DNA of 64,000 nucleotides from the NCBI GenBank assembly GCA_013239625.1, contig MU053513.1, forward strand, positions 2,034,927 to 2,098,926, in the 5' to 3' direction. The position numbers and the translations under genes were made by a program. Shown here piece after piece: positions 1-12,165 of this stretch (position 1 is the first letter of the stretch; each line of letters opens with the position of its first letter). Below the pieces are notes generated by a model, which saw nothing but the letters and a program-made list of their open reading frames with translations, did not search any database and was not told the DNA's origin. The DNA comes from Lama guanicoe (Eukaryota).

Positions 1-718
1 ACTTACTTGTATGTGCTCACAGTTAATATAAACATATTTCCAAGGACCATAATTATAACTGCATTTATTATAGAGTGGAAATGTTAAATGGTACTTTTCC
101 TGGGGCAATCGTGAACCTTATCTTTTTTAGACAACCTCAAATTCATGTAAGTTTATCTATTTTCAGTTCCATGTGTAGCGAATTATCGTGGATTTTAAAG
201 TTTGGACAAGACTTAAAATGACAAAACTATAAAGCAGTATAATTTGGATGTTTCTTATGTTGCATCCCAATGGCTCACTGCAGAATAGTAACCACTACGC
301 AGGAAAAAAGACTTCTAGGTTCCAATAAATGTGAAGAATGTTGAATCACAGTTAGTCAGCTCTCTTTACCGCAGGACATGTGGGAGCCCTGCTGTGCGAA
401 TATACATGTGAATCTTCCAAAGGGGATTGAGTGTTGTGTTTTCCAAACGTATTTCCCACAGTATTCTGTCTTCACTGAGCATCTTGGGGGTCATGTTCTC
501 TGGGCAGTGAGGAAGTGCATCTCTTAGTAAGGCATCTCTTTGGTTCTTTACGTGGACCAAGAGGGGAGAGAGCCAAAGAGCCCGTCTTATTCATGTTCCC
601 TGACTAAGGGAAAAGTACATACTGTTGGTAGTTTATCTCTTAGTTGGTGTTTAATAAAATAGACAAGCTCAGAGCTACTAAAATGACAACTCTGGTCTGA
701 TCAGTAAAGGAAACTCAC

Positions 719-761
719 CTCCCATGGTGTCCTCTCCAAATACATTTAACTGGTCATCACC
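719..761 (-). CDS. AK5: AK5 internal coding exon (about exon 9): GDDQLNVFGEDTMG(G)
   Basis: 43 nt, ...tttttctataaacAG acceptor, GAG|GTGAGT donor; phase 0 in. Matches the recalled AK5 sequence just before the second AK domain. Confidence 0.96.
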
Positions 762-829
762 CTGTTTATAGAAAAATCAAACTATTAGATGATAACGCCA
801 ACAGGTATTGCACTCAACTTCTTGCCAAC

Positions 830-1000
830 ATTAACATACTTAACCTTCCAAACAACTCTGTGTAGGAGGCACCATTATTACCCACCTTTTACGGATGAAA
901 ACCATGCTGAGTTTGAGAAGCTAGTTGCCTAAGGTCACATAGTAGTGAGGGACAAAGCCCAGATTTAAACCTGGGCTGTCTGTCCCCGGAGTTCATGCTC
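830..1000 (-). mobile_element. MIR SINE fragment
   Basis: cttttacggatgaaaaccatg...ttgcctaaggtcacatag...agatttaaacctgggctgtctg resembles the MIR core. Confidence 0.75.
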
Positions 1001-1142
1001 TTTGCAACTTGTGCAATATCCTGCCTTTTTTTCTGGCCGCGGAACTATCTGTGGTCAGAAAAGCTGATTTAAAGAAGACAAAACCCTTCAGTACTTGAAG
1101 CTCACTGGTAGGTGTAGTCACAGCTGTTTTACTAACCGCTCC

Positions 1143-1251
1143 ATGATTTGGCATACTTTCTGTAAAGGGCCAGAGGGTGAACATTTTCAGCATTGGGAGC
1201 CAGTTGGTCTCCGTTCAACTGTTTAACCACTGGCCATGTTTGCCAACCCCC
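1143..1251 (+). mobile_element. MER58A-like hAT-Charlie DNA transposon fragment
   Basis: ttctgtaaagggccaga..aacattttcagc...tttgccaacccc, the typical MER58 ends. Confidence 0.65.
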
Positions 1252-1619
1252 GAACTACAGCATGAAATAAAGGAAGTCAAAAAGACTAGCTTTGATTGGT
1301 GCCTGTCTTTAAAATTTTCATTTTATTTTTTAATCCAACAGCTGCTCCATTTTCCTTATAGAAAACCATGGTGGTTGGGAAAAAATCCAGAAAGAAATTT
1401 TGCAAAAAGACATTGGTGGGATTTCTCAGGTCATCCATCCCGTTTTCCCTCCCCCTCATCCCTTATGGATAAACACTCATAGAAGGCTTAAAAAAAATCT
1501 TTCCAGATACACAAAAACTGACTTTCAGAAATCTATGGATATACTTGAATATGAATATATAATCTTATCACCTCCATCATGTACACAGAAAGAAACAAAC
1601 TCATACGTGCACATGTGTT

Positions 1620-1975
1620 TCTAATACACACACTGATCTAGGACGGAGCTGCTCTTCTCTTCGCTTTTTCACTTCTCAGTACATCCTGAAGAGCTCTCCG
1701 TATCAGTACAGATGCTTTTGGTTACACTGTATTCTATTGTATGGAAGGTACCATAGTTCTTATTGTTTATCACTAGTCCTTTATTGATGGACCATTGAGT
1801 TGTTTGCAACCTTGGGAATATTTTTGAAAAAGTGGCAAAATGAGTAAACTTATACAAATGTCATTTCATGTATATCTACCTACAGGATACATTCCCAGAG
1901 AGGGAGCTGTACAGTCAAAGAGTAAATGTATCTATAATTCTGACAGGTTTTTGCCAAACTGCTCTTCTCGCTGGA
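1620..1975 (-). mobile_element. Old L1 (L1M-type) 3' fragment
   Basis: tattctattgtatgga..accatag, gatggaccattgagttgtttgcaa, ttgccaaactgctct are antisense L1 3'-end phrases. Confidence 0.65.
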
Positions 1976-2539
1976 GATTGTGCTGCTTTGCAGGGGCAGC
2001 TTCTGGCTCACGCTTTACTCCAGCCTCTTGCCTCTCATGCGCTTTGATGCGGGAGTCACTTAAATGAGATAGCCTGACTGCATGAACGCTCCCTTTAGGT
2101 AAACTGCCTTGAAAGCACTTTGAAAAGAGAGCCTCACCATCCTTTTTTAGAACACATGCCTTCAGGGCAACTTTGCTGTTTGTCTTCTCAGGCTGGCCAG
2201 TGTATCCAGAGCTATTCCAGGTGAGAGAAGAGTTTTGAATGGATTGGTCATTTGCGGACACATTTACATTAATTAACTCCTTTCCACGAATAGAAAGAAC
2301 ATTCATTGTTCCTCGGTGAGCCTCCCGGCTACTTCCCTTATTGAAATCTTTGCATTTTTCAGCTGGGAGAATGGGAGTCATCTAATCCATCGCTCCCACC
2401 CCCATCCCATTTTACAGGTGAGGAAATCCATGGTTAGAGAGAGACCCTGTGAGGGGCCCAAGGCTACGTCCTCATGTCCTTAGTGAGGTCAGGGCTGGGA
2501 TGAGAACCGCATCTCCTCCCCCGCAGCATGACTCCTAGA

Positions 2540-2829
2540 GGTTTGGTCCTGTCAGCTTGGCTACCACAGTGGATCTGCCAGGTCCTGCTGCTCACCTGGC
2601 TGGTGCACCCCTCTCCGAACTGAGCATTGGTCTGGTCCTGCCCTCAAGCTGGGGCCGCTCTGGTATAAGCTGCTGCCCAGTGCTCCCCTTGAGATCGAGT
2701 TGAAGCTAAGCTCCAGCGGGGACCACATCCTTGCTCAGCTTCTACCCCGGCCCTATCCTGCATCTCTCCCTGTCTCCTAAGAGCACTCCCCATCTCAGAC
2801 TCTGCTTCCAGGGAAGCCCACCTGAGACA
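2540..2829 (+). mobile_element. ERVL-class LTR fragment (LTR16-like)
   Basis: Ends catctcagactctgcttccagggaagcccacctgagaca, like the LTR16/LTR33 3' terminus. Confidence 0.6.
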
Positions 2830-3469
2830 GGGACTTATTTGAAATAACTAATATGCTGGCCTAAGATGCAGCTGCATAGAAAGAGGCTCAGTAGCCTTTG
2901 TTGGAAAAAGGATTGTTTAATCTGACTCTGCTTATTGCTTGTCAAACAGCTCTTGGATATACTCAGGTAATGTTAAGAGGAAACCATGGAGTCCCCTCCC
3001 TCAATTTTTAATATTATTGTTGAATTATCAGGCTTACACCCACCTTGTAGACTAAACTGTATCAGATCTTTCCTGTAGCTGGCTATCATGTCTTTGGAGT
3101 CTGATCAGGGTTAATCTAAATTCACAAAGCGATGCACCAGGTTATAAAAGGGCCTCTCTGACCCCTGTTTGGCTTCTTGAGTCTGACCTGTTTTTATCCA
3201 CAGCTCTTACTCACAGCCTTCTATTCAGTTTGCCCAAATGCTTCAGATGAGCCCCGGCTTTATTTCTATGAACGCACTGATAGGGAACAGGTTTCCAGAG
3301 CAGAGATGCTACTGTCAGAAGCTCTCTGCCGGGAACGCGGGGCATTGCGCTCGCTGACACGAAAGCCCAGGTGAATGCGACGTTTGCCTGGAGGGTGTTA
3401 CTCCCCAGTGATGTTCAGCAAACTTCATGATTCCAACGTGGATCTTTTGGAGACAAAGTTTACTTGACA

Positions 3470-3473
<4 letters not shown>

Positions 3474-3504
<31 letters not shown>
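3474..3504. repeat. (AC)15 microsatellite
   Basis: Directly visible. Confidence 0.98.
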
Positions 3505-3507
<3 letters not shown>

Positions 3508-6500
3508 GGAACAACAAGTAAATGGCAAACACTCCTGGTTTTGGTGAAAAGATGCCATACAGTTCCCGGAGGCCCTAAATCTCATCCCTTTCTTTTCAAA
3601 TGCTAGATAAGTTCTGCATAAAAGGCATTAATTTCAGAACGTCACATGTACAAGGTGCAGAATATCATATAGGCTCTTTGGAGAAATCACTGACAAGGTG
3701 TTCACCTCCCGTTACACTGCAGCTGCGCCTTCAGGGAGGCACTCCTGGAGGAAACCACTCACCAACTCCCAAGTCCCACCCCTGGTGCCTGCGGGTGCCT
3801 CTGGGGGTCACAGCCTTTCACCTCGCTCCTGCTCCCTCCTGTCAGCCCTCTGTCACCTGTGAGTCTGAATGTGGGGTTAGGCTTCATGGGTTCAGTGAGA
3901 CATAGAAGACTTTCTGCAGTATTGAACCAGGCTTTGGGGGCATGATGCAGCATACCAAGTCTGAACAAACTGACAGAGACAGGCAGGACAAACACCGGCA
4001 CAGGTAAGCGCCATTTGTGCCTCACTAGCATGGAGCCAAGACACACCTGCAACGACGCCGTTAATACTGGCGAAGGTGGGAGAGGCTGCAGCAAAACCAC
4101 TAGCCCCCAGACCAACTCAGACTGCCACATCCCCTGCAGCTGGATATTTGACATGTCAGTAACTGATGCTGAGAAATCTAGGCTCCTGCTGAAGTGACAC
4201 ATTAAGAACCTCAGGATAGGATTGGTGGCTTGGGAAGCTGGATGCAGACTACAGATTTGTTTTGGTCTCCATCCCTCATTCTCCAGTCAAGACAGAGCTG
4301 CAAAGAGAGCAAAAGCAACTTGCATTCGACTCTACTTCCCAGCAGGGATATGCAGGCGAGAAACTGCCTTTGCAAGGCTGGATTCTGGTGTTCTCTGTAA
4401 GAAGAGCAGCTCATTGGTGTGCATTTGTGTTTCCCTTTTGGATCAGAGCTCCTATTATCACCTTGAGATATCGAAGTTTTGTTACTCCCACTTCTTGAAT
4501 TATTGAATTTTTGGTGGGTGAGATCAAAATAGAACATAGCTTCACAGAGGGTTCACCAATCACAAGGAATTATGTTCGTTCTCCAACTGTGCTTGCAGCA
4601 TAGTGTGTGCTCCTGGGCACGGGACCAATGGTTTTGTCATAAGCGAATCACATCATAATAGGAAGCTGACCCTTAAATAATGCTTTACAGCATTTCTGCA
4701 TATATGACCTCACTGCATCCTCACTGCAGCCCTGCGGATAAAGAATGATGTAACTAAGGTTCTGTGGTGCCACTGGATGGGGAGGTGCCGGAGCTTCCAC
4801 CGCCCGGAGCTGGACGCAGGACAACCTACGTTGCCCCATCAGCATCCTGTTACTGCTGTTGAAGGCAGGGACATGCAGGCAGATACTCCTACGGCTCCTC
4901 CTTGAGTAGGCAGTGTTGATTTTCAAAAACTCTTTTGAGGACCACAAAACAAAAGCTCTCCTGGGAAGGAGAGCGCAGCAGTAGGTCATTTTTGGAGTGC
5001 TTTCCTAGTTCCTGTTTGTATGAGACAGTGTGTGTGTTTCATGATGTTAAAATGTGTATAGCTTCAAGTAGAATTATGAGAAAGAGGCTTTACATAACAA
5101 CAGAATGTCATGGTAAAGATTAATAAATTCACAAATGCTGCAAAGAAAAGATTATTTTCTGTCCCTGGCACTGAGCACAGATACCAACTTCAAAAAAAAA
5201 AAAAAAAAAAAAAGAGAGGGTTTCGAAGAGATTTCTAGTTTCTGAGACAATGAGAGGAGCAGTCTTTTCTAATTTTTTCTTACCTCAGCGAGTACTAAGC
5301 AGATAATCCAGATTCTGGGAGAACCATGAACCATGAACCATGAAATGCTAGCATGTGAGGATTTTGGTCTAACGACCCCATCTCTGATTACAAGAAGCAA
5401 CAGCAGGGAAGTAAGGAGGAGGTGAGGGAGAGAATGTCCTGTGGTTCTTGGAAGGGCTCATCTTCACTGAGAACCAGAATCTTAATAGGAAAAAATAGTA
5501 ATTAAAAAAGACAACTGAAATAGTAGCATTTCCAATTTTGTAACCGGAAAATGAAATTTTTCGCTTCTTTTTCTTTATGTCAGTTAAAAACAAAAACACC
5601 TCACATAAACAGCTTTTTAAATGCTTATTGGAACTGCTATTTAGGTAGCAGTTAGGATATTTTCACTGTGTGTGATCTCTGGAAAGCAGTAGGAGGTAAG
5701 CAAGTTTGCTATTTCCCATTTTTCAGGTGGGGAAACTCAGGCTCAGAAAGCTTACGCGACATGTGCCGCATGCCCCAGCCAGCGGGGTTTCCTGGTGCCC
5801 AAGCCCGTGTTCTAACGCCTCTGCTGCTGCCCCAGAAGGAGCGTAATGACCTGTCCATGTGGGACATGCAGGATGACGGTGTTGTCGCAAGTGACTTCAC
5901 CACTCGAGGGCAGGGACCGCTCGTGATGACACGTGAATAGAGATGAAGATGGACTGAAGGTGGTGCATGCTCATCACATGACTTGAAAATGAAACTCAAG
6001 TTTTACTGGTAAACCTGTAAGTGAAGTTTTGAAATTCCTCGGATCTTCGGAAGGGAATATTGGAAAATGGAAACACAGCTACATTTTATCAGCAGGGAGA
6101 AGGGAAACAGGTCCTTGAGAAATGTTTTGAGTGTTTACAGTTCTTTTCTAAAGCATGTTTTCACTTAAAGTAATGGGTAATTTGAAAAAAAAAGTAGGGG
6201 GAGTGGTATGTAATTTAGTTACACCCAAGAATTTATTTTACAGCAAGTTCCATTTCTCTTTCACCAAAGACTACACAATTAGAGGTCTGCTTGCTGTGGA
6301 AGTACTTGTATAATTGGGTAAACAGGGAGGAAAAAAATACAGGGGATGCTAGGCTAGCCTTTCCCCCGTCTTATTAAATTGCAGGTTCGCAACATGAATT
6401 GCTTTAAGTAGTGGTTTACGGACCTAGTTCTCTAAGAGGAATGCTGTTTTTCTTCTTCTCTGTATAAATTGAAATGTTGATGTCTCTAATAAGAAATTTT

Positions 6501-6636
6501 AAAGAAAATTTTTTCTCTGATGTTTTCCTATAAGTTCTTGTTCTCATCATCTCAGAAATATGTCCAACTCAACTCACTGCCAGGAGACCACAGAGGAAAC
6601 ACTGGTCTTGGCTCCATGTGTACCAGATGAGGCTCA

Positions 6637-7008
6637 TTTGTAGTGAGGAGAATTTTTAAGATTTACTCTCTTAGCAACTTTCAAATATGCAATACAGTAT
6701 CATTAAGTATAGTCTCCATGCTGGACACTATGTCCCCATGACATTTACCTTATAACTGGAAGTTTGAACCTTTTGATCTTACCTCCCACCTCTGGCAACC
6801 GCCAGTCTGTTCTCTGTACCTATGAATTTGTTTGTTTTTTGATTCTGTATATAGGTAAGATCATACAGTATCTGTCTTTCTCTGTCTGGCTTATTTCACC
6901 TAGCACAATGTCCTCAAGTCCATCCTGGTTGCAAATGGCAAGATTTTCTTCTCTTTGATGGCTGAATAACACTTCATTGCGTGTATGTGCCACATTTCCT
7001 TTATCCAT
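6637..7008 (-). mobile_element. L1 3' end fragment (L1MA/MB-like), sense to AK5
   Basis: aagatttactctcttagcaactttcaaata...tctggcttatttcacctagcacaatgtcctcaagtccatc...ccacatttcctttatccatt. Confidence 0.85.
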
Positions 7009-7992
7009 TGATCCTACTCATGCACGCTAACTCTACAAAAACACTTAAAAAATGCCCAGTCCTGTGCCTCAGATATATTTTGCCTTCTCTTTTCTTGCAT
7101 TTCAGTAGGTGTTCAAGTGTTTCTATCAAAGAAAAGTATTTGTTGAGCTCCTGCCAGGCACAGCAGCAGACAGCTTACTGTTTCACAGAGACCTTACTAT
7201 TCTATGCTGATACCACAAGGCAGACTTTACTATCCTCCATTTATAAGTGAGAAAATGAAGTGAGAAAATGCCTTAAAACGAGAGAAAAGGCATATTGATG
7301 GTTCAAAATGGTTCTGATGTCTGTCCACTTCTGCATCATCGTATCAAACTGTCTGTGGTAGGTTAGTGGCAACTGTGGCCTCACATTTTTCACTCTTCCC
7401 TGCATTTCCATCCCTTGCAACATCGCTTGGCAGATCCTCTCACCCAGAGGTGAGTATTTTTCCACACCCGTGAAGCCAGGCCAGTCTTGTGACTTGCTTC
7501 AGCTGACAGAACAAGGCAGAGGTGCTGGTGTGCCATTCCTGAGGCTTCAAGAACCTTGCAGGCTTCCACCTTCTGCCGTGGCCCCCGCCCCTGCCATGAG
7601 GAGAAGGCAGAGGGAGGCTGCTTGAGGATGAGAGACCATGAGGAGCAGAGTCCACTCACCCAGAGAGGCCATCCTGGCCCAGGCAGGCCCTGGCTGACCT
7701 GGCAGCTGACCAGTTAGGAGTTCTGTCAAAGGAACAGAACCAGCAGGATTTAATGATTCTCTCTTCCATCAGAGATCTGCTATAGGGAACTGGCTTACCC
7801 AGTTGTGGGAACTGGTTAGGTAAGTCTGAAATCTACAGGACAGGCTGGCAGGCTGGAAGCTCCAGGGCAGAAGGTGACACGGGAAGCCATAGACAGAATT
7901 TCCTCTTCCTTCTGGAAACCTCAGTTTTGCTCTTAAGGCCTTTCAACTGACTGGATGAGGCCCACCCATATTATCAGGGATAATCTCACTAT

Positions 7993-8921
7993 CTGTGGGC
8001 ATGGAAACTGGTGTAGCTACTATAGAAGACAGTATGGAGGTTCCTCAAAAAATTAAAAATAGAATTATCATATGATCCAGCAATTCCATTTCTGAGTTTT
8101 TATACAGAGGAAATGAAAATACTATCTCAGAAAGATAGCTGTCCTCCCATGTTTAATGCAGCGTTATTCACAGTAGCTAAGACATGGAAGCAATCTAAAT
8201 GCCCATCAACAGATGAATATATAAAGAAAATGTGGTATATATATATATGTATATATATATACACACAATAGAATATTATTTAGTCATAAAAAGAAGGAAA
8301 TCTTGCCATTTGTGACAACATGGATACAGAGAACAGAATGGTGGTTGCCAGAGGTGAGGGCAGTGGTGGGCAAAATGAATGGGTGAAGGTGGCTAACAGG
8401 TACTAACTTCCAGTTCTAAGATACATAAGCCCTGGGGATATAATGTACAGCATGGTGACTATAGTTAATAATACCATATTGTATCTTTAATTTATTTAAA
8501 AAATTTATTTAAATTTTTGATTAAATTAAATTAAATTTAAAATTTATTAAAAAATTTAAAGGTTTCTTTTTAATATTTTATCTATTTATTATCATATTAT
8601 TTAATTATTTTTTATTTTGGCAGGAGGTAGGGGAGGTAATCAGGTTTATTTATTTTTAGAGGAGGCGCTGGGGATTGAACCCAGGACCTCATGTATGTTA
8701 AGCATGTGCTCTACCACTTGAGCTATACCCTCCCCCTGTATTGTATTTTTGACAGATGCTAAGAGAGTAGATTTTAAAAGGTATCACAAGAAAAAACATT
8801 GTAACTATGTGTGTTGATAACTAGGCTTATTGTGGTGATCATTTTGCAATATATACACATACCAAATTATGTTGTATACCTAGAACTAACACAATATGCC
8901 AATTACGTCTCAATCAAAAAA
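7993..8921 (+). mobile_element. L1 3' end (L1MA/MB-like) with A tail, interrupted by a SINE
   Basis: acagtatggaggttcctcaaaaaattaaaaatagaattatcatatgatccagcaattcc... to ctcaatcaaaaaaa; flanked by gataatctc/gataacctc. Confidence 0.9.
8600..8736 (-). mobile_element. tRNA-derived SINE, camelid Vic-1-like
   Basis: Reverse complement GGGGGAGGGTATAGCTCAAGTGGTAGAGCACATGCTT...GGTTCAATCCCCAG (A and B boxes), then aaacctgattacctcc and an AT-rich tail reaching about 8490. Confidence 0.9.
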
Positions 8922-10691
8922 AGATAACCTCTTTTACATCAAGTCCGATTGTACACGTTACTGTATCTATGTCTACCGATTGCAGATGTTAACCATATCT
9001 ACAAAATACCTTAATGGTAAGGCCAAGATGGGTGTTTGATTACGTAACTGGGAACTATATAGCCCAGCCAAATTAACACATAAATGTGACCTTCACACTG
9101 TGGATGTGTGAGTGAGCCCAGCTGAGCACAGCCTTGATCAGTGGATCTGCTCAGCCAACCCTGGTGTCTCAAGAGAAATAATAAGGGGATGTTGTTTTAA
9201 GTTCCGGGCAGCTTCACAGCAGTAGATCACTGATACACAGCACCTTTTATTTTGAAACAATATTTGGAAATCTTCCAATCCAAGGACTCTGCCCCGTCTC
9301 TTTGGGCTCTCTGTTATAATTTACCCAAGACAATGCAGAGCAGAGTTAACAGGTTGGTTTCTAGAGTGACCCAGCTGTGTGCCTCCTGGAATATGTTGCA
9401 CTTTATATTGTCTCTTTGTTTTGTACAAAGTTCCACAGGAGGAAAAGAGAAAGATTTGATTATCTTTTGAAATACCTTTGACAAAGAGTATTTGGGGAAT
9501 ACTTAAAAGGCACGATGACATCTTACTGGAAAAGCACACATCCAGCTCACCACCAAAAAGCAAACAGATGCAGGAGCCCAGGAAGCCAGACTGCTCTTTT
9601 CTGTTGCTCAAAGTCCCTCATACAGAATGCTGTACAGAAAAGAGAAACGACCGCCAAAGAGAAATTAAGGAGGCTCAGCTGATAAGCCTACAAGAGGAGT
9701 TAACCCTTAAAAGCTGGGACATTCAAAACGAAGGGCTGAATGTCTCCTGCTGAGAGAAGGCAGCCCTCTCTCTGTGGCTGCAAATGCAAGGTGGCCTGCC
9801 TGTGAGACAGGGTTGCCATGTACGGTTCCACAGTTGTGCACTGCGCAAATATTCTTGGCTGGGGGCCGAATCCACTCACCAACCCATGCACCCCAAGAAT
9901 GTGTGTGCCTAGTAAGGGAGGCTTTTTCTAATTCTCACAAAGGCACTGCATGGACTAGCAGTGGTCTGCCTTGAGTTGCAGTTCGATCAACTTTTTTTCC
10001 CCATCAAATACTCAGAATAGAAAATGAAGAAACTATGAGAGGAAAAAGCAAACGAGAGTTTTACAGCTTTTGCAAATGCCACTGCCATGGTGTCCATCAG
10101 ATGGCACTCCCTCCACCACCTCCTGCCCTCAGCTGTTCTGGGTAAACACGCACTGTACTTATAAGCCTGTGCCTGCCGTCCCTACATGGTCCCAGGCCAG
10201 GCCTCCAGCCCAGATCTGACCCAATCCCAGTGTTTAAGCCCCGCTTCCACTGCTGCTCTCTGCCTCCCATCCTGATTCACAATATAGGAACCACCATTCC
10301 TTCCCTACTTACACAATGACACTGTTTTGAGAATCAGATGAAGAGGAAGCCAGGGTATACTGCAGAGTGTGCTACTCACGGTGACCCTGCTCCGCCTCGG
10401 GAGAGGGGCAGGACTTGTCTGCTTGGACACATCTTGTGAGCTCAGAATGGTCTCCTTCCCCTGAAGTTGCAAGACATGGGACTTTAAAGGACAACGAGGA
10501 TGCTTTAAAGGCTGGAATCAGTCCTTCTCATCATTGCCTCTTCATGTCTTTACTGCATATGTACTAAAATGAAAGAAGTAAAAGCCCTGAAGGGGGCTAA
10601 ATATGGAGGAGATGGTGCCATGGACCTGACACATTGGTATCTATTTTAGAAAAAAAAATCAGGTAAGAAATTATCATATGAAATGGGTGAT

Positions 10692-10980
10692 GGGATAAAC
10701 CTCCAGTTAAAAAGCACAAACTCCCAGTTATGAGATAAGTCCTGGGATGGACAGCGTGGTGACTATAGTTAGCCCTGTACTGTATCGCATATGTGAAAGT
10801 TACCATGGGAGTAGTTCTTAAACGTTCCCATCATGAGAAAAAATATTTGTAACTGTGTGGTGGTGGATGTTAACTAGACTTATTGTGGGGATCATTTTGC
10901 AAGATACACAGATATGGAATCATTATGTTATACACCTAACATGAGCATAATATGTGTCAGTCACATCTCAATTAAAAAAA
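10692..10980 (+). mobile_element. L1 3' end fragment with A tail
   Basis: cagcgtggtgactatagtta...tattgtggggatcattttgcaa...ctcaattaaaaaaa; flanked by an imperfect direct repeat. Confidence 0.85.
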
Positions 10981-11689
10981 GAAATTACTATATGAGAACT
11001 GGGTGATCCATACAATAATTATTTTATGCTGAAAGCAATGTTTACTTTTGAACATTAGCTTCCCAGAAACACTTATAAGTTGTCAGCCTCCTCCTTCCCA
11101 AGTGTCGCCCCCGCTCTGAGTCCACCCACTACCGAGCTCTGTGCACAAGAGACCGCAGGCTGGAAAGAGGGATACTCAACGCGTGGGTAGGTTCAAGGAA
11201 GTCTGCACGGGAGGACTCAGGATCCCCCCTTTACAAGAAGGGAAACTGAGGCCTGGGGGTAGGGGTGACACAAATGTCAGTGTCACACCTCTGGACGTGA
11301 GAACCAGAGGATCAGGTACAAAGACCCAGTGAGCTTTTCTTTCTCTAAGAATGGACGAACTAGGAGCCCTGACGTTCTTTTCTATGCAGGAGGACCCCAG
11401 CACAGATTCCAGGAGTTACTGTTCATAATACGTCCACACATGTCCACATCTGAGTTAATCTGGTCCCACAGGACCCACTGAACTTTCTCTGGATTTCAAT
11501 GCTTCATATTTGTGCAGTAGCTTACACAATGGGTTTTTCCCTAAGTCCTGCCATGCAGTGTGCGATGCTAGGAAAGGCCCTGGATTCCTAGGGACTGGGT
11601 TTGAGTCCAAACTGCTGGGTGCTCTTGGTCACGTCACTGAGGCCGTCATTCAACACCGAGGCCTGCCCTGCCGGGCACTGGCCTGGGCC

Positions 11690-12165
11690 GGCGAACACAC
11701 CTGGTCGCTGTGCTCAGGAGCGGCGTGTCTAGTTGGGGAGACACATTAATTAGGTAATCACATAAGAAAATGTGTATTAAATATGGATTATATCAAACAC
11801 AGGGTGTTAGGAAAATTAAAACAGGAGCCCTGGTGTGCACTGGGGTCAGGGAGTGGACTCTAAGTTGACCAAGTGGGGAAGGAAGGGGAGGGTGGGCGGG
11901 GAAAGAGAAGTCTGTCCCAGGAAGAGCCCTCAGCGGCTGCAAAGGCCCGAAGGAGGTGCAGCCCGCACCCCAGAGGAGCTGGGGGAGGCCGGCTGGGCTG
12001 GGCACAGAGCCGGGAGGGACGGAGGGAGGCCGGGGTGCTGAGGCCTCCGGCAGGGCCTCCGGGCCACGGTGAGGACTCAGGTTTTGCTCCAGGAGCAAAG
12101 GGCAGGAAGGCATGGAGGCCTGGAAGCTGGGAAGTGACGCGATCAGTTCTGTGTTTTCCTAAAGC
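11690..12165 (-). mobile_element. L2 fragment, unusually GC/CpG-rich
   Basis: gtctagttggggagac, tgcaaaggcccga, ggccacggtgaggactcaggtttt, gaagtgacgcgatcagttctgtgtttt follow the order of L2 3' motifs. Confidence 0.6.

Larger units (their letters stand above)
7711..9097 (-). mobile_element. MLT2-type ERVL LTR split into about 7711-7990 and 8922-9097 by an L1
   Basis: aacagaaccagcaggat, aagtctgaaatctacaggacaggctggcaggctggaa, gcctttcaactgactggatgaggcccaccca; terminus agccaaattaacacataaatgtgaccttcaca. Confidence 0.8.
7354..9237 (+). mobile_element. MaLR LTR (MLT1-type) split into about 7354-7710 and 9098-9237 by nested insertions
   Basis: Starts tgtggtag, has cagctgac|...|gtgagtgagcccagc continuity across the insert, and ends agcagtagatcactgataca. 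Confidence 0.7.

Noticed and set aside
5323..5345. (AACCATG)3 tandem repeat
   Set aside because: Trivial slippage repeat with no spacers.
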